Positions 48,451-56,297 of a stretch of 64,000 nucleotides of DNA are shown in pieces. A program made the position numbers and the translations under genes. Numbering within the stretch: position 1 is the stretch's first letter; the number at the start of each line of letters is the position of its first letter. Source of the DNA: an uncultured Gammaproteobacteria bacterium (GTDB taxonomy: Bacteria; Patescibacteriota; Microgenomatia; CAZETR01; Amesbacteraceae); contig CAZCXU010000001.1 of the NCBI GenBank assembly GCA_964502885.1, positions 93,352-157,351 on the forward strand. Reading direction: 5' to 3'. Below the pieces are notes generated by a model. That model did no database searches. It had not been told where the DNA came from and saw only the letters and a program-made list of their open reading frames with translations.

Positions 48451-49806
48451 TTCGATTATAGCCAGTAATTCTGCCAGTATTTGGATGGTTTTGTCGGCAG
48501 ATTCTCGAAGTTCCGGCACAGTTGGCCTGTACGCAATACTTAATCCACATCGGGAGAAAATGGGAAGAATTTTGTTGTTTCCTGCTACGAAAATGGTTTC
48601 TGACGCCTTTACTTTTTGTGACTTTATAGCGGTGTCGAAAGCGCTTAGGAAAGATTCCGTGAGATTTCTTTTTAACCACTTTTGCGACTTGCGGCTAATA
48701 GCTCCCGTAAATTTGCCTTGTTTTGTCTCCAATATGACACTGTTCACATAGTGGGCGCCAATCTGTTTGGCAACCGCTTCGGCAATGGGAGAAAAGTTTG
48801 AAGTGATTATGCCGATGCGATATTTGCGTTTGATAAGCGCTCTTGCCACTTCTCTGGCATAACGAATTAGTTGCAGGTCCCTGGTAAGTTCTCTGACTTT
48901 GGAAACCTCGATATCCCTGAACAGGAGCGCGTTTTTTTTCAAGTATTCATCACCAGAGATTTTTTCGGAAATATATAGCTCGTGGTTATTGACAATGTCG
49001 TTGTGAATACCTAACTTGATGAGAAGTTTGCTGAGTGATGGTAGTCTGAGTAGGGTGTTGTCGAGTGTGAAGATAACCAGCTTGTATTTGTGGCGAATGA
49101 GTCCGGCACGGGAAATCATAGTTTCCAAAACTTGTCGACTCATTTCCTTTACTGTCTCGGCTGAATTGGCACGATTTACCAGATGACCAATGTCTACTTC
49201 TACAATGCGTTGCCCGGACTCTATCGCGTCAAAAAGTAGGCCAATGTCAACCCCGTATCGATCTGAGAATTCAGCTGTTTGCAGAAAGCTCTTTTTTGCG
49301 CATATCTGACCACTGATGGGTTGATTGAAATAAATACTTGGAAAAAGTATTTCCATCATGGGTTTGACCGCAAACTCAGTGACCCGACCTCTTTTTCTGC
49401 TAAATGATCCCCGTGACATATCAACTTCGTCTTTGAGAACAGGTTCGACGATTTTGTAGATTTTTTGACTGGTGATGTTGCCAAGATCTGCGTCCAGAAA
49501 AAGAACGACTTCATTTTTTGCTCTTTTTACACCAGCCAGCAAAGCTTTCCCTTTGCCGCGATTTTTTTCCAGTCTGTGGTAGATAAATCTGGGATCGGTC
49601 TGAAACTGCTTTACTGAATTTATTGTATCGTCGGTACTGCCGTCATCAACAAAGATAAGTTCGTCCAGGTAGGGAACTTTTAACAATTCATTGAGAACAT
49701 GGATGAACAGGGGGTTTTCGTTATAGGATGGGACTACCGCAGTAAATTTTGTGTAGATGAGCTGGCTGTCTGTGGTATTTTCTGGTTGGAGCGCTTCATT
49801 TGACAT
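48448..49806 (-). CDS. GT2 glycosyltransferase (DPM1-like) fused to a C-terminal HAD-like phosphatase domain
   Basis: N-terminal GT-A motifs VVPSYNE...FVDDGSTDDT...FLDADL. The C-terminal ~200 aa are HAD-like (KLVIFTLDNTLL). Confidence 0.6.
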   Translation of the reverse strand: MSNEALQPENTTDSQLIYTKFTAVVPSYNENPLFIHVLNELLKVPYLDELIFVDDGSTDDTINSVKQFQTDPRFIYHRLEKNRGKGKALLAGVKRAKNEVVLFLDADLGNITSQKIYKIVEPVLKDEVDMSRGSFSRKRGRVTEFAVKPMMEILFPSIYFNQPISGQICAKKSFLQTAEFSDRYGVDIGLLFDAIESGQRIVEVDIGHLVNRANSAETVKEMSRQVLETMISRAGLIRHKYKLVIFTLDNTLLRLPSLSKLLIKLGIHNDIVNNHELYISEKISGDEYLKKNALLFRDIEVSKVRELTRDLQLIRYAREVARALIKRKYRIGIITSNFSPIAEAVAKQIGAHYVNSVILETKQGKFTGAISRKSQKWLKRNLTESFLSAFDTAIKSQKVKASETIFVAGNNKILPIFSRCGLSIAYRPTVPELRESADKTIQILAELLAIIE

Positions 49807-49949
49807 TGTGGCTAATTATAACAGTGATTTAATTGCATCACTTTTATGGAGTGATGACTAAATGTCTTTTGCTCTATGGGGTGTCCAAGTGCGAAGAATT
49901 TATGATTCTTCAAGTTTTGCGAATGAAGGTTTGTGCTGTGCGGGTACTG

Positions 49950-50037
49950 CGGAGAGGGTGGGATTTGAACCCACGAGGAGGTTTTGCCCCCTACAGCTTT
50001 TCGAGAGCTGCGCCTTCGACCACTCGGCCACCTCTCC
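49950..50037 (-). tRNA. tRNA-Ser (anticodon CGA)
   Basis: Reverse complement GGAGAGGTGGCCGAGTGGTCGAAGGCGCAGCTCTCGAAAAGCTGT...GGTTCAAATCCCACCCTCTCCG. Confidence 0.7.
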
Positions 50038-50099
50038 TGACGTATTGTTCCTTCGACTCCGCTCAGGACTGCGACTTTTTGACTAATCAAAAGTCTTGG

Positions 50100-50171
50100 T
50101 GCACCCGACAGGAATCGAACCTGTATCAACAGTTCCGCAAACTGTCACTCTATCCGTTGAGCTACGGGTGC
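50100..50171 (-). tRNA. tRNA-Arg (anticodon reads GCG; CCA encoded)
   Basis: Reverse complement GCACCCGTAGCTCAACGGATAGAGTGACAGTTTGCGGAACTGTTGATACAGGTTCGATTCCTGTCGGGTGCAcca. Near-identical to the 46588 tRNA-Arg. Confidence 0.6.
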
Positions 50172-50224
50172 AGATTTTGTAACGTAGAGTGAATTTTATC
50201 ATTTCCATAAGTTAAAATTGGCAG

Positions 50225-51724
50225 ATGGGCAAAAAAGTAGTCTTTGGGTTGGGTTTATGGGTGGCGGTGTGGGCAAGCTTTTGGTTTATGGGGTGGAAGC
50301 TAATTGACCCTGATTTTGGCTGGCACTTACAGATTGGAAGAAAGTTTTTAGCGGGAGAAATGGTAAAAACTGATCCTTTTTCATATACCATGCCGAGCTT
50401 TCCGTGGATTGATCATGGGAGGGTAACTGATATGGCGATTGCATTTCTGTACGACGGGTGGGGAATGGGAGTCACGGCGGCGGTGTTTGCAGGGATTGGT
50501 ACGGCTGCGTTGATACTGATTATTCCTGTGGGTTTGTGGGTGTGGAGTGTGGTGCCGCTACTGTTTGGCTGGGGAGTATTGGTGATGCGGTCGGGAGTGC
50601 GGCCGCAGATGGAAGATTGGCTGTTTGTGGCGATTATTTGGCGTGCTGTTGAGGCCGGCAGGTGGAAGTTTTTAAGGTGGTTTTTGCCTGTTCTGTTTGT
50701 CATCTGGGTAAATGTTCACGGGGGCTTTTTGTTGGGGTTAATTATTGTGTGTGCGGGAGTGGCGGGTAAGTGGTGGAAAAAACGAAGAATTGTGATATCT
50801 GATGTGATCGTGTGGATACTTTGTCTGTTGGGGACGGGGATAAATTATTATGGATTCAGAATTTGGGAGGAGATTTGGTTGACGGTTTCGGATACGCATT
50901 TGCGGGGCTCGATTGTGGAGTGGCAACCATTTGTGACTCGGGTAGAACTGGGGTTGTGGTTGCTTGGCGGAATGGTGTTTTTTGCTGGTAAAAAGTTTTT
51001 ACGCAATTTATCTGCGAGCAGGTTATTAATTGTTGCAGCGGTGACGGCTGCCGGTTTATCTTCATTACGGCACGCGCCATTTCTAGTCATGATTCTGGTG
51101 ACTTTGGGGGCAGAAATATTTAAAAATTTTTATGATGAGATTAAGTCTGATAAAGAAAAGGTAAAAAGAGCGAAGGTTTTTTATGGTGTGCTTCTAGGAT
51201 TGGGACTAATAATATTTGCAATGGAGGGGGGGGTGACTTTGTGGAAAGCCGGGCGCGGCAGACTTCTAAATTATCCTGATGGAGCAATTGAATATCTAAG
51301 GAAAAGTGAGATTTCAGGAAGACTTTTTTCCACTTATTCGTGGGGAGGATATTTGATATGGAAGCTGCCGGAGCAGAAAGTGTTTGTGGATGGAAGAATG
51401 CCGAGTTGGAGGTGGAAAGCTCCGGAAGGAGAAAGCGATTGGGCTTTTGTGGACCATGAAAAAATTCAATCAGGGGAAAAAAGAATGGAGTTGTTTGATA
51501 AATATAATATCAAGACCGTGTTGTGGGCGAAGCCGGCAGAGAAAAAGGGGATTACTGCTTGGTGGCAGAAAATGTGGGGAGGGCGATCGCAGGTTGGATT
51601 TGATGAAGCGTTGAAAAGCGAAGGATGGAAAGTGGTGTATGAGGATGCTATATCGGTGGTATTAACCTATCCAGTACCAGTTGACAAAAAAGAGAGAAAC
51701 GAGACAGAGTCCCAGAGCGGATAA
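50225..51724 (+). CDS. polytopic membrane protein, GT-C-like glycosyltransferase (tentative)
   Basis: 499 aa with >10 TM helices and the periplasmic-loop motif IDPDFGWHLQIGRKF. Confidence 0.4.
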   Translation: MGKKVVFGLGLWVAVWASFWFMGWKLIDPDFGWHLQIGRKFLAGEMVKTDPFSYTMPSFPWIDHGRVTDMAIAFLYDGWGMGVTAAVFAGIGTAALILIIPVGLWVWSVVPLLFGWGVLVMRSGVRPQMEDWLFVAIIWRAVEAGRWKFLRWFLPVLFVIWVNVHGGFLLGLIIVCAGVAGKWWKKRRIVISDVIVWILCLLGTGINYYGFRIWEEIWLTVSDTHLRGSIVEWQPFVTRVELGLWLLGGMVFFAGKKFLRNLSASRLLIVAAVTAAGLSSLRHAPFLVMILVTLGAEIFKNFYDEIKSDKEKVKRAKVFYGVLLGLGLIIFAMEGGVTLWKAGRGRLLNYPDGAIEYLRKSEISGRLFSTYSWGGYLIWKLPEQKVFVDGRMPSWRWKAPEGESDWAFVDHEKIQSGEKRMELFDKYNIKTVLWAKPAEKKGITAWWQKMWGGRSQVGFDEALKSEGWKVVYEDAISVVLTYPVPVDKKERNETESQSG

Positions 51725-52852
51725 AATAAAAAGGGGGAGGAAAGTTCGAAGAGAAGAAGTTTTTGTGGCAAGAAATATAAATAAGGGAAAGGAGACGCTT
51801 TGAAAGCGGGTAAATGCGGCCAGATCGCGAACTAACAAGGGGGTAAGAAAGATCGATAAGGATACGCCCCAAAGAACAAGGGGAAGGGTTTTACGGCTAA
51901 GATATAACAAGATGATCACAAAAAAAGCAACGAGGTTGTCAAGCTGGGAAGCGTGAACAGTATGGAAAGGTAGGTCTATTGTTTTCATAAGTAGTATGAG
52001 GTTGAGAATGGGGGCGGGAAGAACCATCGGACTGTACCAAACTGATTGGATGGCGAAGAAATAGATGGGATTATGTGCGGTTAAGTAATTGAATACCATC
52101 CAAACCAACATGGGTAGGCCGATGATTGTCGGATATACAACAGCCGTAAGCGGTTTAATTTTGGTTTCGACTATGGATTTAATCAGAATGAACAGGAAGA
52201 TGAAATTGACCAGAACAACTGTTCCTTTGGTTACATTTATCAGACCCAGCAGGATGGACGCGGGGAGGAACTTCTTTTGTAATAGGAAGTAGCTAAACCA
52301 GACAAGGAACAGCATTAGCAATGATTCCGCGTAATATGAGCGGAAAAAAATGGAAAAAGGGAAGACAAAAAGCAGCCAGGAAGCGCGTATGGCTATTTGT
52401 GGATTGTATAGCCTTGAAATTACAATCATTAAACTGAGAAAATTGCATACAAGAAGGATTTGAGTGAGGATAAAGGCGGCGAGTAACGAGTCTTTGAAAA
52501 TGACTTTGGTGAGCCAGCCTAGTAGTGGAAATGCAGGGAAAAAGGCATACGAAGGATTTTGCATAAGACTTTTGTCGTTGAGTGATTGCTCTGTGGGAGA
52601 AAACGAGTATCCAGAATCAATAATTTTTAAATACCATTGGGCGTCAAACTGGGCCATTCCGTGAAGAAGGTTGAAACCTTTTCCTGTGATGCGGGGATCT
52701 GTGAAGTAGTGGTGGGCATCATTGTGGTATGAAAAGCGGTTGAGGGGGATGAATGTGTGGAAAGTGCCGATAAAAAAGTAAAGAAGTGTATTGAATAGCA
52801 TAAATAACAAAGTGTGGCGAATCAGTATGTGTGGGGTTGGGGGGCCAGCCAT
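51662..52852 (-). CDS. polytopic membrane protein, GT-C/DUF2029-like mannosyltransferase (tentative)
   Basis: 396 aa, multi-TM. The FDAQWYLKIIDSGY motif is typical of GT-C mannosyltransferase loop 1. Confidence 0.4.
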   Translation of the reverse strand: MAGPPTPHILIRHTLLFMLFNTLLYFFIGTFHTFIPLNRFSYHNDAHHYFTDPRITGKGFNLLHGMAQFDAQWYLKIIDSGYSFSPTEQSLNDKSLMQNPSYAFFPAFPLLGWLTKVIFKDSLLAAFILTQILLVCNFLSLMIVISRLYNPQIAIRASWLLFVFPFSIFFRSYYAESLLMLFLVWFSYFLLQKKFLPASILLGLINVTKGTVVLVNFIFLFILIKSIVETKIKPLTAVVYPTIIGLPMLVWMVFNYLTAHNPIYFFAIQSVWYSPMVLPAPILNLILLMKTIDLPFHTVHASQLDNLVAFFVIILLYLSRKTLPLVLWGVSLSIFLTPLLVRDLAAFTRFQSVSFPLFIFLATKTSSLRTFLPLFILSALGLCLVSLFFVNWYWIG

Positions 52853-52885
52853 GATAAAATTCTACAGCAGTGTGGAGTTGGTTTT

Positions 52886-53094
52886 GGAGAGGTCGCATAC
52901 AGGAGCCTCTATCTTCAACCTCGCGGTTGAAGTTTCTCCTGTATTACTTCCTCTCCTCGTTTCACTTGGAGAGGTCGCATATCAAACTTGCAGTTTGATA
53001 TAGCTTGCCGTGCTTTGTCAAAAATTGTAAAAATTTTTGAGTCGCAGGGCGCACTATAGCAAGCTATTTGACCTTATTTGTAATAAAATTTACT
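52886..53094 (+). repeat. Two partial 5' copies of tRNA-Ser(GGA), each followed by a strong hairpin
   Basis: GGAGAGGTCGCATA at 52886, 52968 and 53101 (the gene). Flank GTTTTG is also duplicated at 52880 and 53094. The 52886 copy forms a 71-nt element closed by GGAGAGG...CCTCTCC. The 52968 copy is followed by a perfect hairpin ATATCAAACTTGCAGTTTGATAT. Confidence 0.5.
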
Positions 53095-53100
53095 GGTTTT

Positions 53101-53187
53101 GGAGAGGTCGCATAGTGGTCTAGTGCGCACGCTTGGAAAGCGTGTGTCGCCGAAAGGTGACCGCGAGTTCAAATCTCGCCCTCTCCG
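53101..53187 (+). tRNA. tRNA-Ser (anticodon GGA; CCA encoded at 53188-53190)
   Basis: GGAGAGGTCGCATAGTGGTCTAGTGCGCACGCTTGGAAAGCGTGT...GAGTTCAAATCTCGCCCTCTCCGcca. Confidence 0.75.
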
Positions 53188-53190
53188 CCA

Positions 53191-53465
53191 ATTCGGATTC
53201 GAAAAAAGCTTTTTTAACTCCACTGCTGGTTTGTATTTATGGTGACCGTCGCGTCGAACGCGACTAACGCGCCTCGTCCCGTTAAGCGGGACGCGTGGAA
53301 TCACGAACAAATCTTGCCCTCTTTGGCCAATTCGGATTCGAAAAGAGCTTTTTTAACTCCACTGCTGGTTTGTATTTATGGTGACCGTCGCGTCGAACGC
53401 GACTAACGCGCCTCGTCCCGTTAAGCGGGACGCGTGGAATCACGAACAAATCTTGCCCTCCTTTT
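53191..53465 (+). repeat. 2x tandem direct repeat (~139 bp unit) immediately 3' of tRNA-Ser(GGA); each unit ends in a tRNA-3'-end-like sequence
   Basis: Units 53191-53329 and 53330-~53464 are near-identical. Each contains hairpins GTCGCGTCGAACGCGAC and CGTCCCGTTAAGCGGGACG and ends ...ACAAATCTTGCCCTCTTTGGCCA, against the tRNA 3' end TCAAATCTCGCCCTCTCCGCCA. Confidence 0.6.
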
Positions 53466-53470
53466 AAATC

Positions 53471-53899
53471 ATGTCTGAAGTAAAATTGGAGCATATGCGA
53501 ACAAATGTGAGGGTGGGGGCGATAATTGAGAGGGATGGAAAAATGCTTCTTATTCACCGTTGGAAAAACGGAGATGAATATTGGGTATTGGTTGGTGGTG
53601 GGGTAGAAGAGGGAGAAGATTTGGTTGAGGCGTTGAAACGGGAAGTATTGGAAGAGACCTCTTTGCGGTTGAAGAACTGGGAAGTTGAGATAGAACATGA
53701 AGCAATGGGGATGATGCATAAAATTTTCCGTTGTGTTACTGAAGAAGGGGAGCCTGTATTGGGTGGTCCTGAAAAAGAGGCAGATTCTGATGAAAATAGA
53801 TATGTACTGGAGTGGGTAGATTTTTCTACTATTGCTGAGATTGAGGATATTTACCCGAGAGTCACAAGAGAACTAGCCAGGAAACGCATCGCAAAGTGA
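53471..53899 (+). CDS. NUDIX hydrolase
   Basis: Nudix box GGGVEEGEDLVEALKREVLEETS. Confidence 0.7.
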   Translation: MSEVKLEHMRTNVRVGAIIERDGKMLLIHRWKNGDEYWVLVGGGVEEGEDLVEALKREVLEETSLRLKNWEVEIEHEAMGMMHKIFRCVTEEGEPVLGGPEKEADSDENRYVLEWVDFSTIAEIEDIYPRVTRELARKRIAK

Positions 53900-55194
53900 G
53901 GGGATTGGCCGTAAAATGCATTGAAATGAAGCTACTGACAATTATTGTGCCGGTATTTAATGAGGTTTCCACTCTAGGTGAAGTGAGGAGAAGATTGAAT
54001 GATTTGGTATTGCCTTTTAGTGTAAAAAAACAGATTGTTTGGGTGGATGATAAATCAGCTGATGGAAGCAGGGAAATGCTTTTGAAATGGAAGAAGGAAA
54101 AAAACCGGAAAGAATCTTTTGTGTTTCATCGGAAGAATTCAGGTAAGGGAGCTGCTGTGCAGAGCGGGCTTTTGGAGGCGGTCGGGGATTATGTGGTGAT
54201 ACAGGATGCTGATTTGGAATATCATCCACTTGATATAAAAAAACTGGTAAGTTTAGCAATCAGGAAGAATCTGCTGGCGGTGTATGGGAGCAGGGATAGG
54301 GAGATTAAGAACAAGTATCTCTATCCACATTACTATTGGGGATCACGTTTTTTGTGTTTTTTGATGCGAGTTTTCCATGGCCAGAAACTGACGGATCCGG
54401 AGACTTGCTACAAGCTGATTCATAAAGATGTGCTTAAGTTTATCGGGGTCGAAGAGAAGGGTTTTGGAATGGAGATTGAAATTTCGGCAAAATTGGCCAG
54501 ACTGCGATTGGATATTGGTGAGGTGGGCATTGGATATACACCAAGAAGTTTTTCTCAGGGTAAAAAAATTCGGGCAAAAGACGGGTTGATTGCTATGGGG
54601 CTGATACTGAAGTACTGGCTGTCGGATTTGCATTATGGGTGGTTTGACAGGATTTTGCGAAAATGGCGCAGGGATGCGATTTTTAACGAGTTGAATATTG
54701 ACGAAACTGATGTGGTGATGGATGTGGGCTGTGGAAGGCAGGCTGACTTGGGTTGGAAAATGAGTGGGCAAATAAAACAATATGTGGGAGTGGATATGTC
54801 GGTACCGGAAGTTCGGATCGGCAACATATCTTTACTGAAACGGAATTTAGAAATGGCATTTGTTGTGCCGGATAAAATGCGACCCACGAAGCTGGTTGGG
54901 ATGGCAATTTTGGAGCACCTGAAACATCCGGAAAGTTTCTTAAAAAACTGCCACAAATTATTAAAGCCCGGGGGAATTTTGGCTCTAACCACTCCAGCGC
55001 CACCATTGGCCGATTTAGTTTTGAGAATACTTTCGTGGGTGAAGCTAATTGATGGAGGAGAGATAGACGATCATAAAAAATATTTCGGAATGAGAGAATT
55101 GGAAGAGAAGTTGAAAAGTGCCGGTTTTGAACTGATCAGAAAGAAAAAATTCATAGTGATTTTTAACAACATGGTAATGGCTAGGAAAATATGA
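53896..55194 (+). CDS. GT2 glycosyltransferase fused to a C-terminal class I SAM-dependent methyltransferase
   Basis: N-terminal GT-A motifs (IIVPVFNE, VDDKSADGS, IQDADLEYHP). C-terminal MTase motif I VMDVGCGRQADLG. Confidence 0.6.
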   Translation: MRGLAVKCIEMKLLTIIVPVFNEVSTLGEVRRRLNDLVLPFSVKKQIVWVDDKSADGSREMLLKWKKEKNRKESFVFHRKNSGKGAAVQSGLLEAVGDYVVIQDADLEYHPLDIKKLVSLAIRKNLLAVYGSRDREIKNKYLYPHYYWGSRFLCFLMRVFHGQKLTDPETCYKLIHKDVLKFIGVEEKGFGMEIEISAKLARLRLDIGEVGIGYTPRSFSQGKKIRAKDGLIAMGLILKYWLSDLHYGWFDRILRKWRRDAIFNELNIDETDVVMDVGCGRQADLGWKMSGQIKQYVGVDMSVPEVRIGNISLLKRNLEMAFVVPDKMRPTKLVGMAILEHLKHPESFLKNCHKLLKPGGILALTTPAPPLADLVLRILSWVKLIDGGEIDDHKKYFGMRELEEKLKSAGFELIRKKKFIVIFNNMVMARKI

Positions 55195-56297
55195 AGATGC
55201 TTGTATTGGTGGCGGTGGTGATATGGTCCTTGGTGTTTGTGTATTTTGGTTATTCGGGGATGGTAACGCAGCCGAATGAGGGAGATAGTCTGGCATATCA
55301 TTTGCCGATTGCGCAGATGATTGGTGCGGGTAGCTGGATGGATAGGAGCAACTTTTTGAAACCATTTTATTTTTATCCTGCCATGGGGGAGACGTTTCTT
55401 TCGGGAATAATGAAAGTTGGGTTGCCGGCGAATTGGTTTAACTGGTTGGGGTGGATAATGTGGTCGGGAATTGTCTATGGATTGTTGAGGATGGCCGGAT
55501 TGGGACGGTCTGAAAGTGTGATAGGAGCTGTGGGGGTGGTGATGTGGCCATCTGTGGTGCGACTTATTCCCAATCAGACTGTGGATATATGGATGGGGGT
55601 GTGGTGGGCTGCTGCTGCAAGACAATTGCTTTTACGGGGTAGAAGCTCGCTTTGGGCTGGGATTTTTTTGGGGATTTTGAGCGGGACGAAAGTTTCCGGG
55701 TTGCTGTTTTCTGTTGTGTTGTGGCTTGTGCTCAGCAGGAGCTGTGATAGAAAATTATGGGCAGCTTGGGTGGTAGTGGGAGGTTTCTGGTATATACGCA
55801 ATCTATTACTAACCGGCAATCCGATTTATCCTGCTAGTGTGTTTGGGTTTGTCGGTGATCCCAATTTTCATCTAATGGATTGGTCAGTGGCAAAGACACT
55901 GAGCAGTTTTGCGGGATGGCGATTGTGGAGTAGTGCGTTGATGTCAGAATATCTGGGATGGATGGGTTTGCTTGTGCTGCCCCTGTGGTTGCGGAACAAG
56001 TGGACGCTACTTGGACTTTTGAATTTGGGTGTTTATTTGTTGCTGCCATCGTGGCCGCAAAACATTGTGTCGGATTTGCGATACGCATTTGTGGTGTTTC
56101 TACCGCTGACCGTGGCAATGTGGAAAGAGGTAAAGAAAAGGCGATTAGAAGTGTGGATGGGGCTAATGACGATTTGTATGGCAGTGATGGAATTGACTCA
56201 GCTGGATTTCCGGCCGAAGTTGTTTGTGGTTGGTCTGGCAATTTCGGGATGGGTGCTTTACCGAAGGAGGGTAGATGTGGAAAAGTTTTTGGCATAA
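55191..56297 (+). CDS. polytopic membrane protein (GT-C-like, tentative)
   Basis: 368 aa, ~10 TM helices, ATGA-coupled to the upstream GT2-MTase. Confidence 0.4.
   Translation: MKMLVLVAVVIWSLVFVYFGYSGMVTQPNEGDSLAYHLPIAQMIGAGSWMDRSNFLKPFYFYPAMGETFLSGIMKVGLPANWFNWLGWIMWSGIVYGLLRMAGLGRSESVIGAVGVVMWPSVVRLIPNQTVDIWMGVWWAAAARQLLLRGRSSLWAGIFLGILSGTKVSGLLFSVVLWLVLSRSCDRKLWAAWVVVGGFWYIRNLLLTGNPIYPASVFGFVGDPNFHLMDWSVAKTLSSFAGWRLWSSALMSEYLGWMGLLVLPLWLRNKWTLLGLLNLGVYLLLPSWPQNIVSDLRYAFVVFLPLTVAMWKEVKKRRLEVWMGLMTICMAVMELTQLDFRPKLFVVGLAISGWVLYRRRVDVEKFLA

Noticed and set aside
53074-53719. ORFs 53074-53310 (-) and 53282-53719 (-) from the six-frame track
   Set aside because: They run straight through tRNA-Ser(GGA), the tandem 139-bp repeat and antisense to the NUDIX gene. 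They are artefacts of repeat sequence lacking stops.
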